Assembly (NCBI RefSeq): GCF_006345805.1
Contig: NC_042997.1
Location: 82,026,001 to 82,090,000 of the forward strand
Direction: 5' to 3'
Source of the DNA: Octopus sinensis
Taxonomy: Eukaryota
Length of the DNA: 64,000 nt
Part shown: positions 49,631 to 63,985 of the stretch, piece after piece
Layout of the letters: each line of letters starts with the position of its first letter
Position numbering within the stretch: position 1 is the stretch's first letter
Translations under genes and position numbers: made by a program
The notes under the pieces: model-generated
Database searches by the model: none
What the model was told of the DNA's origin: nothing
Seen by the model: the letters and a program-made list of their open reading frames with translations, nothing else

Positions 49631-50510
49631 TATATATATATATATTATTGTGTCTGGGGAGAGTCATTCTCTTTTGGTGCCTTATTATATAACACACTCG
49701 CCGTTTCAATTTCCACTCATTTAGTTATTTATTTTTTCAAAAATATTCATTGCATTTTGCAACTTTTTCAATTCGGTCCTATAGACATCCTATTTTTATA
49801 TAGATAGTTCTTCTCAGTTATCTAAAAGAATTTCTAATCATTACTCTACATTTAGCGATAGGAATAAATGTAACAGTACAGGGCTTAGTAAATTAATTTG
49901 GTATCTAAAAGACCATAATAAACAATTTAATTTAGATTGGCTATTTTTCTCCTTTTCGTTCCCTTATGATAAAGGCATGAAATTCTGTCTCCTCCGTAAT
50001 TGTAATCCATTTTTTATTCTTTTTTCTGAAAGTCCTTTTGTAAACACGGTTATAGAGCGTGCTTACCGATGTAAACATTAGAAGAAACACCCCTTTAATT
50101 CATATAAGTGATATCTACCATTATATATAATTTAAACATTGATTTTCTTCTTACATTTCACTTCCACTAGATATATATTTAGGGTTTTATTTAATTTGCA
50201 AATCTTTCTATACTACTCATTTATTTGGTTTCTGATTTTTTCTTTCCTTTACCCATCTTCTTTCTATAGGCTACCTTTGACGTTATATTTTCTACCGTTT
50301 TTAAAAAAAAAAACTAATAACGCTCAGTTCATCACTATACATATCCATATTCTGTTAAAATGTCTTATTGACGAGTTTTATTTCTTCATTTCCCTGAGGA
50401 AAATATTAGATTGTTTCACACCATTTTATTCCTTTGGAATAATACCAATAACATCTTCGAAATATGTGTCGGAAGTAAAAGAATTTGAATAATACCTGCG
50501 TTTAAATCCG

Positions 50511-50558
<48 letters not shown>

Positions 50559-50563
50559 TATAT

Positions 50564-50595
<32 letters not shown>

Positions 50596-50687
50596 AGTAG
50601 GTATGTATGTATATATATTTATATATAGATTTCAAACATGTTCGTTGCATCTTGCAACCTTTTCAATAGTCGTTGACTCTCTCTATC

Positions 50688-50764
<77 letters not shown>

Positions 50765-50774
50765 GTGTGTATAG

Positions 50775-51080
50775 ATTAGAGAAGAACCACCATGTAGCAA
50801 TTCAACAATGATAAAACAATGATATAATTAAATCATAGCATATAGAAAAATTGTTTTTAAAAATTAAATATACGATAAAACATATACCAATAATTAAGTA
50901 ATTAATTATTAATTAGTAATTAATTAATTATTTATTTTACCAGTTATACGCTATTTATTTATTATTTTGTACTTAATTATTGGTATATGCCTTATGGTAT
51001 GTTTAATTTCTATATGGTATGATTTTATCATATCATTGTTATATCATTGTTGAATTGCTACATGGTGCTTCTTCTCTAAT
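50775..51080. repeat. Fold-back inverted repeat (50775-50900 / 50970-51080)
   Basis: attagagaagaaccaccatgtagcaattcaacaatg... versus ...cattgttgaattgctacatggtgcttcttctctaat. Confidence 0.9.
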
Positions 51081-51186
51081 TTATATACATATATTATATA
51101 TTGTGAAATTTGATTTAGTATTACTAAATTGAATTTTTCCCTGTAATTTTGGAATACTATTCCCTAACATTATAGATATATATATA

Positions 51187-51417
51187 TACAACACTCGCCA
51201 ACCACATACATCATCTCAAAAATACAAATATACCCTATACTCTATCATGGTCCATTCTGGACTCAGGGCTTCCCTGCCGAGGTCAACGCTCTACCTGCAA
51301 ATTTTGCCTGAAGGAGGCACTTCACATATTAAAACACAACTGTCCAGCACTGCTAAATAAACGTAATGAGATTCTAAGCACATGCAACCACCGCTTCTTT
51401 CACTCATTCAAATTCTA
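51187..51417 (+). mobile_element. PLE GIY-YIG C-terminal fragment
   Basis: TTLANH...LSWSILDSG...CKFCLKEALHILK...LLNKRNEILSTCNHR. Confidence 0.75.
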
Positions 51418-51423
51418 ACACAA

Positions 51424-51583
51424 AGGAGTGGCTGTGTGGTAAGTAGCTTGCTAACCAACCACACGGTTCCGGGTTCAGTCCCACTGAGTGACATCTTGGG
51501 CAAATGTCTTCTGCTATAGCCCCGGGCCGACCAATGCCTTGTGAGTGGATTTGGTAGACGGAAACTGAAAGAAGCCTCTCGTA

Positions 51584-51630
<47 letters not shown>

Positions 51631-51832
51631 TTGTGTGTCTGTGTTTGTCCCCCTAGCATTGCTTGACAACCGATGCTGGTGTGTTTATGTCCCCGTCACT
51701 TACGCTTCGGCAAAAGAGACCAAAGAATAAGTACTGGGCTTACAAAGAATAAGTCCCGGGGTCGATTTGGTCGACTAAAGGCGGTGCTCCAGCATGGCCG
51801 CAGTCAAATGACTGAAACAAGTAAAAGAGTAA
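51424..51832 (+). mobile_element. SINE family A
   Basis: Head to tail matches 8200-8616. Confidence 0.88.
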
Positions 51833-52639
51833 ATACAAATGCCTAAACGACCATACAGTATATTTCCAAAATACCCCTTAGGTAACCCCAATAACCTTAT
51901 AAATCTACATTTTAACTCCTAATCCCTATCTTATTCCTCACTCATACTCGAATATCACAACCATCTAATTATATTCGTATGTATATGCGTGCTTGAATAA
52001 GTGCATGTATATGTATGTGTGTGTATGCGTGTATGTAATATGTGTGTATGTGTGAATGTATGTATGCAAGGTATATATACCTGCGTGTACAGGGGCGATA
52101 ATACATACAGATACACGTATATATAGGTGTGCATGTGTACATTTACATATGAGTACGAGTTGTATATGTAGATATTGATATGTATAAACATCTACATAAA
52201 TATATATATACATGTCTAATATATACATATGTATACATCTTCACATATGCATTTTCTTCTACTACTAAGCACTGACCTGTCCAACCACCTGATCTATATT
52301 CCTAAATTATTCATTCCATACTACTACCCTCTCTCTGCCCCGTCACCTACACTATATCACTACATAACTGACAGTCCTTTACTTTTTATACCTCTCTCTA
52401 TCACCTCCATTCCGTCTATCTTTTTACATTCTAATACATTTCTCTCTCTATCACCTTCATCTCCCCATTCCTACTTTCGAATTATCTTGACTGACCACTA
52501 ACTGGTACAATTTCCCTTATTATCTCTCTCCTTATTTTTCTTTTTGATTTTTTTCTTTCTTTTTTTATTCCTCTCTTCCTGTTTATTTCTTCTTTTTTTT
52601 CTTCGCTTTTTCTCTTTTTCTCTTTTTTTCTTTTCCTCA

Positions 52640-53060
52640 TTCCTCACTTCCCGTTTTCGATTTGACCTTACAAATACATTCCCTACTTTTAGATCATTTT
52701 AAATAAAACCCCTGATTCAATAGCACTGTGTACAAACACTATACTTGGAATGACCAATTTTAAATATTATTGGATTTTACTCATAAAGTATTGAAATCTT
52801 ATATGTACACCATTCTGTCTAAATAATAGATATACAAATTCAATATCACTGCATATCTCACATCTATATCCATTCCTCTACTTCACTATCTATTTCGTAT
52901 CTTATTTAAATTAAGTATTTCTTAAACATTTTCTCACACCATCTTCGATGAAGGGATATAATAAATATACTGGAAACAGCTGTAAGGCCTTCTATTTATA
53001 AATGTTCTAAAATCCTCACAGCCTTGGTTTTTATCTCATCCTCAAAAACCTTTTTTTACA
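52640..53060 (+). mobile_element. PLE 3' end / pLTR with hammerhead-like motif (52941-52988), ending at (TA)n
   Basis: Weak EN tail (KYYWILL...PFCLNN); tcttCGATGAagggatat...GGAAACAGCTGTAagg with palindromic ACAGCTGT; terminus cagccttggtttttatctca is shared with 23904-23923. Confidence 0.55.
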
Positions 53061-53287
53061 TATATATATATATATTATATATATATATATAATACATATA
53101 TATACAGATAAGGAAATAATTTTATTCTCAAACACAGGTTTATTCTAATAATATAGCCTGAACAGGATAAACTATATATATTTTGCAGAAAAATCTGTCG
53201 GAGGTAGATTGTTTGTTGACTTTCAACGCGAGTTGAATTTAACATATGTGTGTGTGTGTTTGTGAGTGTGTGTGTGTGTGTGTGTGT

Positions 53288-53323
<36 letters not shown>

Positions 53324-53475
53324 ACTATATATACGCATATATAAATATATACATGCACATATATTCATACATATGTATATATTACATACATTCACACATG
53401 TATACAAATACATCTATCTATGCATATATTTATACACACACAAACATACATACATACACACGTATAATTACATAC

Positions 53476-53512
<37 letters not shown>

Positions 53513-53779
53513 ATACATGATTGAAGTCGAGTCTTGACCGAATAAGACCACGTTTTAAACCTATTTCACTTTAATAAAGATCTGACGTTTGGCCTCCCCA
53601 TCGCTGAATGCATCTCACATTGCTCCGAAGCCTTGCAAAGGATATACAAAGTTATTCCACATCGACCACGTCATCCCCAGCAGTAGCAACATGACCATCT
53701 GAATACGGGGACCTTCAATGCTGAGTGACTCCACTAGCCGAGCAGCAGTTTGTGACACGCTGGGTGCACGAGAGATCGT

Positions 53780-55500
53780 GCTGAATATCACATTGGAAGA
53801 CAGGTGTCAAACGTGTGAATTGAGTTGCCTCGTCTTTGAGAAGCAAATAGGACCACACCGATCACATGAAAGATACTCTTTTGTGCCCTTCTTAGGGAGA
53901 AAGTTCACGTCCGCCATATATTTACCTACATGTTTCAACTCAGTGTGTGCAACCGTGATATTCTCGAAATTTTTAACACCAATAGCAATCAGATTTCTCC
54001 ACAGCTCTCAATCTGATCTTTACAGGCTTTAGTATTGACATTGATCTTATCGAGTATGCCCTTACGATTGCTTTTGAAACGCTTGTGTGGCTTGAAGAGT
54101 GGAAGTTTTCTTTGCCTCAGCTCACGGCACAATACCTGCTTTGGCATGTGGGTGTCCTTTAAACGGACAAGATAACCAGACCATCTAAGTTGGTGTCTCA
54201 TAATCATGGGCTCGATACTCATCATTTTCGCCAGCTGTGGTACCCTCGTATTAGGCACATGAGATCGATACGAAATCTTCGGGATATTATGCTATCATTG
54301 TTGTGAAATCGCTCGAAACGTTACATATGCCTGCACTAGGTTGTTCACGTCTCATATCTATACAACAGTACAGTTAAGACAAATGCATGATAAACCTCAA
54401 CTTTCATTGTAGCTTTGATGTTTGAGTGCGACTTGAACTTCAAGCTTTCCAAACGCATCACAGACCTTAGAATGTTTATAACTGACCTTTTTGTCAAGTG
54501 TATTAAATCTAGATAGTGAGCTACCAAGGTAGACATATGTATCAATGACTTTTAACTTTGTATCTTTGATGTATATTGATGGTGGAATATATGGTTTACT
54601 TTGTGCTGGTTGTAGCATGGTTGCGGTCTTCTTCAGACTGATTGTAAGTCTAAGTTGATCATACGCAGCTAGATGATATTGCTATAATCAATGTAAAGGA
54701 GATTATGAATAAGAGTCATGGAAGTTTTTGTTACTGCAGTAAAATGACGGACGAAGAAAATCTATCCTCTTTTACGGTAACGAAAGTAGATACCAATATC
54801 AATATGCGCAAAAGTTTTCAAGATAACAATAGCAAAGAAGATGGCGAACAAACTAGGGGCCAGGAATCATCCTATTTAACACCAGATTCAACTAAAATGG
54901 GTTCTAGTGATACACCATTGACGCAAACGTAAGCTTTCGTGTTGTCAGGAAAATATCGAGTGAGTCCTGTGATCTTTTATGGATACTCCAAAGAACTGGC
55001 CTATATACAGTGTTAAAGGCTTGGTAAGATCCATGAAACACTGATACGGATCGAGTTGTTGTTCTCTGCACTTCTCTTGATCTTGTTGGGCTGTAAAGAT
55101 CATATTCATTGTATCTCGATTTGACTGAAAGTCACATCAGATGCAGCATGATCCAACAACTGAACAACTGACAACAGGGAGATCCAGGAGTAGTTATCAC
55201 ATATGTCTTAGGTTCCTTTCTTAAACAAAGAAACAAGAATGACATCTTTCCACTTTCATAATATTTTGCTTCTTATCAATACTGGGTGAAATATGGTCGA
55301 TAAAAGTCCTAGTATCTCACCACCATCTTTCTGAAGTTGCTTAACAACAATACCATTATTCCTGGGGACTTTTCTGGTATTTATCAGTTTTACAGCTACC
55401 TTTATTTCCTCATTAGTGGATGGATCATTAAAGTAGTACAGCATTCACAACTTCTTGCAGCCTGTTTAGAAGCACTTTGCATAAACCTTTACCAGGCACT
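53780..55500 (-). mobile_element. RTE-clade LINE remnant (RT to C-terminal zinc finger)
   Basis: YVYLGSSLS (54397-54618); [23 protein letters not shown] (53989-54258); CDRCGPIC..SH; AVKLINTRKVP..GI (55256-55444). Confidence 0.8.
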
Positions 55501-55699
55501 GACCGCAGTGTGATCCCCCATCAGTTATTGTTTGGTATGTATATTCTAAAATGTCAATCCTGAGCCCGGAAATTGGACCAGCAATCCAATCCCGTTAAAT
55601 AGAAACACCTATAGAAACAGCAAAAGCAAGCCAATCGCGAAAGCTACGTGAAGAAGATAACAATGGAAATGATTCAACAATGTCTGACTCTAATGAAAG

Positions 55700-57160
55700 C
55701 GAAGTGGAAGTTAGGGCCCGAAGTGCCAAATTCTGAGCACCAAAAGTATTAACAAACCCAGGTACATGGAACGTACTAACATTGTATCAATGTGGGAATA
55801 AATAGAAAAACTGATGAGAGAATTCAACGAGTTCCAACTAAACATCTTCGGAATCAATGAGATATGATAGAGCGGAAATGGAAAACAATGCAAAGATGGA
55901 AATAAATAATAATTTACCCTGGTCTTGAAGATCAACATAGCCTTGCAATGGGCATGCTACTGGACAAATAGGTCACTTATGCACGCATTCGATGGAAACA
56001 ATTCATTGATTGCATCATCACAGCTCATTTCAGTCTAAACACACATAAGTAAGCATCATGTATGCGCCAATAGAAGATGCACTAGACACTGACAAACGTG
56101 ATTTCTATGAACAACTACAATACATTTTCAATAATAGCCCTATAAAATATAAATGGGTCATCTTAATGCACAAATCAACCAGAACAGGCAAGGCGTCGAG
56201 ATTTCTTGGATCATTTGGATCAGCAGAGAGAACAAATGACATTGGAGAGCGGATATTACCTTTCTGTAGCATGAAAGGCATCAGCATCGGAAATACATAT
56301 ATCAAACACGAAGCTATACACAAGAAAACATGAAGATCGCCAGACGGAGTCACCAACGACTAGGTTGATAATATATGTATCAGTCACCACGGGGGATCAT
56401 CCTCAAGCCAGGGCATGCAGAAATGAAGACATAGGATTAGGCATTCAAACATCAAAGCAATATCAGACAGCACTAAGATGCAGGTTCCAGCAACTCCAAA
56501 AACGGAACTTCACGTAGAGGAACTTTGGAATACCTTCAGAGAAACAGTGATAAAGACGACAGAAGAAACAATAGGAAGAAGAGGATCAGAAAGAGAGAGA
56601 GAGAGAGAGAGCATTGGATCCAAGAAACAATATGGGATATTATAGATACAAAAAAGTAAGAACACCAGAGAAATAGTAAATACAGAGGAAAAATGGAAAA
56701 GTATGATAAAGAACAGCAAGATCATAACCGATTGGTAAAACGAAGTTGTCATACTGGCAGAAAAGCCAGGCTAGACACAGAAGGCACACAGGCAGAAGAA
56801 GCAGCCATTTGAAATGATCCAAGAATTCTATACAGCATGGTATTAAAGCTGTGTGGAGCAAAGAGAAGCTCAAACATACCAGTGAAGGATGAACAATGTA
56901 GGATTTTGCTGACGACAGAAGAACAAGATGGATTGAATATTTCTGAAAGACATTAAGTTAACCAACTCCGAGAAAACTGTACAACTTGGACCAAGAAAAT
57001 GATAAGATGGAGAGCGAAGAGATTAGAAAATCAATCAAGTTAACAAACAACAAAGCTGCTGCATTGGATGAAATCACCACATAAATGCTCAAACACGGTG
57101 GGAACACTGTAGTGGCCGAAATGGGAAGTTTAATGAATCGTTGCTGGTGAGAGCAGAAAG
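55700..57160 (+). mobile_element. RTE-clade LINE remnant (APE domain to RT start)
   Basis: GTWNVLTL; YAPIEDA..DKRDFYEQLQ; NDIGERILPFC..ISIGNT..KHEAIHKKT*RSPDG; NKAAALDEIT..MLKHGG. Confidence 0.82.
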
Positions 57161-57169
57161 TAAGAGGGA

Positions 57170-57650
57170 GTTGACTTACCTTTTATTCATTGATGAATTA
57201 TTATTGAAAGATTTTTTCATTTGTCTTGAAGATTGCTCAAACCCCTTTCGTATTACTTTATAGCTTTAAATATGATTCACTGAGCGTAATGAATTATACG
57301 TTATTATTTATTGTAGATTCATGAGAATTAAATGAACTAGGGGTAGTGTTGACCAGCATGTCTCATTAAGAACAGAAACTGATACACGGAAGGATTTTTT
57401 TGTAAAAATATATTCAACAAAAGGGAGTAAAACATTGGCATGCCTCTTGTGTCTACGTAGGTATGACTGTAGCTTTCTTTCAACTTCTGTGAATATGGGA
57501 TGAAATGCTTCACTGAATATGACATGAAATATACTAGAAATATTGTTTCTCAACGTTGAATCAACTTTAAATTTCACTTAAGTTTACAGATCGTGTTTCA
57601 TTTCAAACATTCGATATTAATTTGTAAATCTAAGGAACTGAAATCGAAAT
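57170..57650. repeat. Dispersed copy of the unclassified 46564-48083 repeat
   Basis: tattcaacaaaagggagtaaaa..gaaatgcttcactgaatatgacatgaaat aligns with 46820-46960. Confidence 0.7.
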
Positions 57651-57719
57651 AGTTTGCATGTATGTATGTATGTATGTATGTATGTATGTATGTTGTATGT
57701 ATGTATGTATGTATGTATG

Positions 57720-57792
<73 letters not shown>

Positions 57793-58969
57793 ATATGTAT
57801 ATATAAAATCAAGACAATCAACAAGAATATTAACGGTAATTTGGTACGATCGTTTCGCACTACATCATTTTTTTAAATGTTGTAAATATTACAACAGTTT
57901 TAAAATGCTGAGCACTCATCAGCCATTAATAGAGGTTTTCCATTAATACATAATTTTCATATCAAGTGATAGCATTATAGAGAAGGTAGATATATAGACA
58001 AAGATGTGGATTTAAATTTTAAGAATATTTAAGGTAGTGGAGTTTATCAACTGACTGAATAATATTCAGTTGCTATGAACTGCTAGAAGGTTCTTAGAAG
58101 AATAGAAAAATGAAAAGAGACAAGAAAGATTTTCTATTTATAGAAATAGGGGTGAAATAGATGTCAAAGTTCCATATAAAGAAATTTAAGTAGTTAGAAA
58201 AGGGTTGTCACATTACAATGCCGTTTACTACTATTCAGTAAACAGATTTAGCATTTGGAAAACTAGGTTAATGTCAAATGGTTATAGAGAATGCAGAGAT
58301 TTTTATAAAACTAATATGCATCAACATTATAATTAGCTGATAGGTTCTGAGTATTTTGATACGTTGGATTAAAGGAGAAATTATAGATATAAAATTTATT
58401 CAGTTTAGAGAAAAGTCTATCACTTATGAGTAGGTATAAAACTTATTAATTGGGGATAAAAGTCTTATTAATCAAGTGAATATATTCGGGGTCAAAACTA
58501 TATAATAGGAAAAATGGAAGAGGAGAAATCAAAGAAGAAAGGTATTCGTAGGTTTAGTGGAAGGTGATTTAATAATATGAAGAGAAGTAATTTAGAAGAG
58601 TAAATTATTCAGATTTCATAGATAGTGAGTTGTTATTAATGAATTAAAATATAGAATCTGTTGGAAATAATATTTACTACCCGCGGAGAAAGGTTAATTA
58701 GTTAGGTAAAACTATCTTAGGTTAATTATATATTAAGAAATGGAAGTGAGATAATCAAGGTGAACCGAATAGTTTCCTTAGGGACACAGAATTTATACTA
58801 TTTAGTATTGGAGAATAAAAAAAAATGAAGAATTTAATTCTAAGTTTGCAATGAAGTTTTTTAGTAATCTATGTATGTTGAATTAAAAACCAGTTTGGCA
58901 TATTCGTTCTTATTTGGCTATAGAGAATTAAAATTTGAAAAATTTAGGAATATTCACAATATTATTATT

Positions 58970-59640
58970 TAAAATATTTAAACGTACGGGTTGTGCGATG
59001 TATGCAAGATGCTCCTAGCTCCGAACGGTTATTTAACAGATTTGTATGACGCCGATGTTTTTAAATTTCATATGTTTCCATAGAACAAAGTTGACAACCA
59101 TCCCTACTTTTTATAAGGCCGTGCTTTTCTTACTATATCCCATTTCAGGTTGAATTCTATATTATTCGTTTTTAGTTCCCAAATTTTATTAGTCAATGTT
59201 GTTCAACCTGCTTTGTGTTTGAGCCTAAAGGAGGAAAAATGATTGTTTAAACGTTTTTTTAAAATCTACCGAACAACCGAAATAAAGATAGTTGTTATTT
59301 GAAGTTATTATTGTACATTTATAATTCACATTTTGGACCGAACGACGACAAGATACCGGACATTTCGATCTAATCCTACAATTACAACTACGGGGATAAT
59401 TTCCAGTACTAGTATTATTTAAGGACAGTTCATTTTCATTTCTGTTATTTAAGTTGTTATTAGTATTAGTGTTATTTTCTCTAATAGTAGTTTCATTGTT
59501 ATGCAAACTAGGGTTACTAGTTATTAATCCATCCACATTATCATCACCTACTACACTTTTATCTATACTACCTATATTATTGATGTTGTTATTATCAATT
59601 TGTATTAATGTTGTTATTATTACTTTTATTATTATTATCA

Positions 59641-59707
<67 letters not shown>

Positions 59708-60215
59708 GGGCTGCGTGTTGTGTTCTTGAGCAAGGCACTTTATTTCACGTTGCTCCAGTTCACTCAGCTGTAGAAAAGAGTTGCGACGTCACAGGTGCCA
59801 AGCTGTATCGACCTTTGTCTTTCCCTTGGATAACACTGGTGGCGTGGAGAGGGAAGGCTGGTATGCATGGGCGACTGCTGGTCTTCCATAAACAACCTTG
59901 CCCGGACTTGTGTCTAGGAGGGTAACTTTCTACGGGCAATCCCATGGTCACTCATGACCGAAGGGTGTCTTTACCCTTTATTATTATTAATATTATTATT
60001 ATTATTATTGTTATTATTATCATTATTATTATTGCTATTTTTATTATTATTATTACTATTATTGTTGTGGTTACTATTTATTCTATCTCTAGCTAACTTA
60101 ATATCTTTGCTATTAAGTCTAGCTATTATGGCAGCCATATTTGGGAGAGTAGAATATGATATTCTTACTGATTTGTTAGAGAAATTGTTTTATAATATTT
60201 ATGGTAGGCTGGGAT
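58970..60215 (-). mobile_element. PLE linker plus GIY-YIG endonuclease, interrupted by a SINE and (AAT)n
   Basis: NKSVRISYSTLPNMAAII (60060-60210); Asn-rich run; CNCRIRSKCP...YKCTI..YLYFGC..FK (59225-59644); LTNKIWELK..LKWDIVRKARPY..CQLC..LLNNRSEL..CIH. Confidence 0.85.
59707..59980 (+). mobile_element. SINE family C, 5'-truncated, inside an (ATT)n tract
   Basis: ttgtgttcttgagcaaggcactttatttcac..ctccagttcactcagctgta..; flanked by ATT repeats on both sides. Confidence 0.65.
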
Positions 60216-60252
60216 AGAAAAAAACTTCTATATATATATATATGTATATATA

Positions 60253-60304
<52 letters not shown>

Positions 60305-60306
60305 TA

Positions 60307-60338
<32 letters not shown>

Positions 60339-60387
60339 ATAATATATATATATGTAGTATATATATATATATATATGTATGTATATG

Positions 60388-60418
<31 letters not shown>

Positions 60419-60458
60419 TATATTACATTATATATATATATGTATATATAATTTATAT

Positions 60459-60507
<49 letters not shown>

Positions 60508-60562
60508 ATGTATGTATATATATATGTATGTATATATTATATATATATATATGTATGTATAT

Positions 60563-60593
<31 letters not shown>

Positions 60594-60761
60594 TATATTA
60601 CATTATATATATATATGTATATATAATTTATATATATATATATAATATATATATATTATTATATATATATATATATGTGTGTATGTATGTATATATATAT
60701 ATGTATGTATATATATATATATATATATGTATGTATATATATATATATATATAATATAATA

Positions 60762-60796
<35 letters not shown>

Positions 60797-60801
<5 letters not shown>

Positions 60802-61095
60802 TATATTACATTAGAGACCAAACCACTATTAGGCAATCAAACAATGAAAAACTTAGGCCAATACATATGATTAATTTATATTATTTAAATATATAACAAA
60901 ATTATTAAAAAAATATAATTAATATCACACTACGATCGTAGCAAGCATGAAACGATCGTAGTGTGATATTAATTATATTTTTTTAATGCTTTTGTTATAT
61001 ATTTAAATAATATAAATTAATCATATGTATTGGCTTAAGTTTTTCATTGTTTGATTTGCTTAATAGTGGTTTTGTCTCTAATTTAATATAATATA
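60797..61095. repeat. Long hairpin, arms about 143 bp, 12-nt loop
   Basis: 60797-60939 versus 60952-61095 with a few mismatches. Confidence 0.95.
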
Positions 61096-61136
61096 ATATT
61101 TTACTATAAAATTGGATTCAAACCTAAACCTAAATT

Positions 61137-61470
<334 letters not shown>

Positions 61471-61471
61471 T

Positions 61472-63900
61472 ATCATTGACCAATCACTCTAGCTACGTTC
61501 ACAGTATTTCAGTCGAAAAAACTCTCCTCTCAGACCACGACATGGTACTCTACAATCTTAATTCCCGACATATAAAACCAAACCAGCCAATCCCACTCCA
61601 TGGCACCCATTTGACAACATAAACGTCCACAAAGCGGACTGAGGAACAATCAGAAAGGATCTGTCTTCCATCGACTGGTCTTTTACTCTCAATTCCTCTC
61701 ATATCGAGACCGCGTGGCAGCACTTTGAAAACATTGTCACCTATACATGCTCTAAACACGCTCCCAAGAAATATACTAACACAAACAGAAACCGGCTCCC
61801 TAAAAAGAAAAAACACTCATCAGGCGCATCAAAAGACTCAACAAAAAAATCAACCAATTAAAATATTCCCACACACAACATCCACATTCAACAACAATGA
61901 AAAGACTAGAGCTGGAAAAACTTCATCTGCAGACCAACATGAGAACCTCCATTGAAAATCAAAGAGCTGTGGAGGAACAATGGGTAATCAAAAACATCAA
62001 ACATAACCCAAAAGTGTTCTATTCTTATGCAAATAAGCATAGAACCACTGTCTCACCCATTGGGCCATTGATTGATGATAACGGCATTCCCCAACACGAT
62101 GCTAAAGAAATGGCAGAAATACTGCAGAAACAATACTGCTCTGTCTTTAGTGTTCCCACTGATATTGACGTAAGGGAAACGAACGAAGTTGACTCCCAAC
62201 ACAAAATCTCAGACATAACCTTCACTGCCACCGACATCGTAGCAGCAATAAATTAGGTCAAACATTACTCTGCTGTAGGCCCTGATAGATTTCCCGCTAG
62301 TCTCCTGAAGGAATGTAGATACCAACTTGTAGTCCCCCTGACCAACCTCTGGAGAAATTCGTTAGACGCAGGTTATATACCGAAACAGTTTCTATCCCAG
62401 TCGGTCATCCCGGTTTTCAAACAGGGAAACAGATCCCTCGCAGTCAACTATCGCCCAATCTCACTCACCTCCCACATCATTAAAGTGAATGAAAGAGTGT
62501 TAAGATCAAGGATAGCTGACTTCCTGGAGACACACAAACTCCTAAATGCAAATCAGTATGGCTTTCGCTGTGGCAGGGACTGTCTAACACAGCTCTTAAA
62601 CCACATTGAAGATCTACTCAAAGCCTTGGGAACAGGTTCGAACTCTGACGTCATATATCTTGACTTCAGTAAAGCGTTCGACAGGGTAGACCATAACATC
62701 CTACTCTCAAAATTGGCAAACGTTGGAATCCGTGGAAAAGTTCTACACTGGATTAAGTATTTCCTGGCGAATAGAACACAACATGTTGTAGTTGATGGAG
62801 TCCACTCAAACCCAGCAAAAGTCACCAGCGGTGTTCCCCAGGGAACTGTTTTGGGTCCGCTACTCTTCATAATTTACGTAAACGACCTTTCCAGTGTCGT
62901 ACATTACTGCAAAGTGAAAATATTTGCTGATGACACTAAGCTCCAGCAAATCGTCAATGAAGAAGCAGACCGATCACATCCAGTCTGATCTATATGCTGT
63001 GAGTCAATGGGCAGACAGAAACAAAATGCAACTGAATGAGGGAAAATTTGAGCTGATGCATTTTGGAAGAAATTCCTCACTAAAACAACCATACTCTCTT
63101 CCTTCAGGGGAACCGCTCACAGCCTCTAACAATATCAGAGACCTGGGTGTAATCGTTGATGACGATCTCAGTTGGAGTGCACACATCAATAAGAAGGTCG
63201 ATATAGCTCGTAGGATGAGTTCCTGGATCTTAAGAACTTTCCGGTCCAGAGAACAAGGTGTCATCATACCACTTTTTTCCTCCTTTGTACGGCCACACCT
63301 TGAATACTGCTGCCCACTGTGGTCTCCTCACACAAGACAAAACATCTCCAGAATTGAGTCACCCCAGAGGGCACTCACTAAACAAATTGAAGGCATGGCT
63401 GCTCTCGATTATTGGGATCGCCTTAAAGCCTTGAAACTTTACTCCCTCCAGCGTCACCGTGAGCGGTACATCATTTGTACGATGTGAAAAATATACCGCC
63501 AACTTTGCCCAAACGACCTAAACATTAGCTTCAAGGTTCATCCAAGACTTGGACCACGGGCTATACGTCCCCTGCCCAATTCAAGATCACAACATACATG
63601 TACACTGCAACATAATTTCTTTTCCTCAACAGGCCCTGCCCTATTTAACATTGTCCCGAGGGAGATCAAAGAGGAAAAGGATCCCATCAACTTTAAACAG
63701 AGTCTGGATAGATTCCTTCAAAGAATACCAGATAAGCCACCCATAATTGGATACAACTCACCCAACAAGAACTCACTACTTGAACAAAACTTGACTTAAA
63801 CAAAACTGGACTTAAACAGGATTCGAATAATCCTATCAGGTGGTGCTATTAAGTTAGACATGGCCTGTACCAATCTTTGGTCGAAACATATCTAAGTTTA
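61472..63900 (+). mobile_element. CR1-group LINE, 5'-truncated within APE; RT to 3' UTR present
   Basis: NPKVFYSY; GPDRFP; NYRPISLTSH; QYGFR; YLDFSKAFDRVDH; SGVPQGTVLGPLLF; FADDTKL; RPHLEYCCPLWSP; LYSLQR.RER; PDKP..GYNS..NSLL. Several stops and frameshifts. Confidence 0.92.
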
Positions 63901-63938
63901 TCTAAATTTATATGTATATATATATATATAAATATATA

Positions 63939-63985
63939 AGTAACAGTAGAGCTACAGGTGTCAATCCTGTATCTCTACTGTTACT
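63939..63985. repeat. 20-bp hairpin with 7-nt loop
   Basis: agtaacagtagagctacagg tgtcaat cctgtatctctactgttact (one mismatch). Confidence 0.9.
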
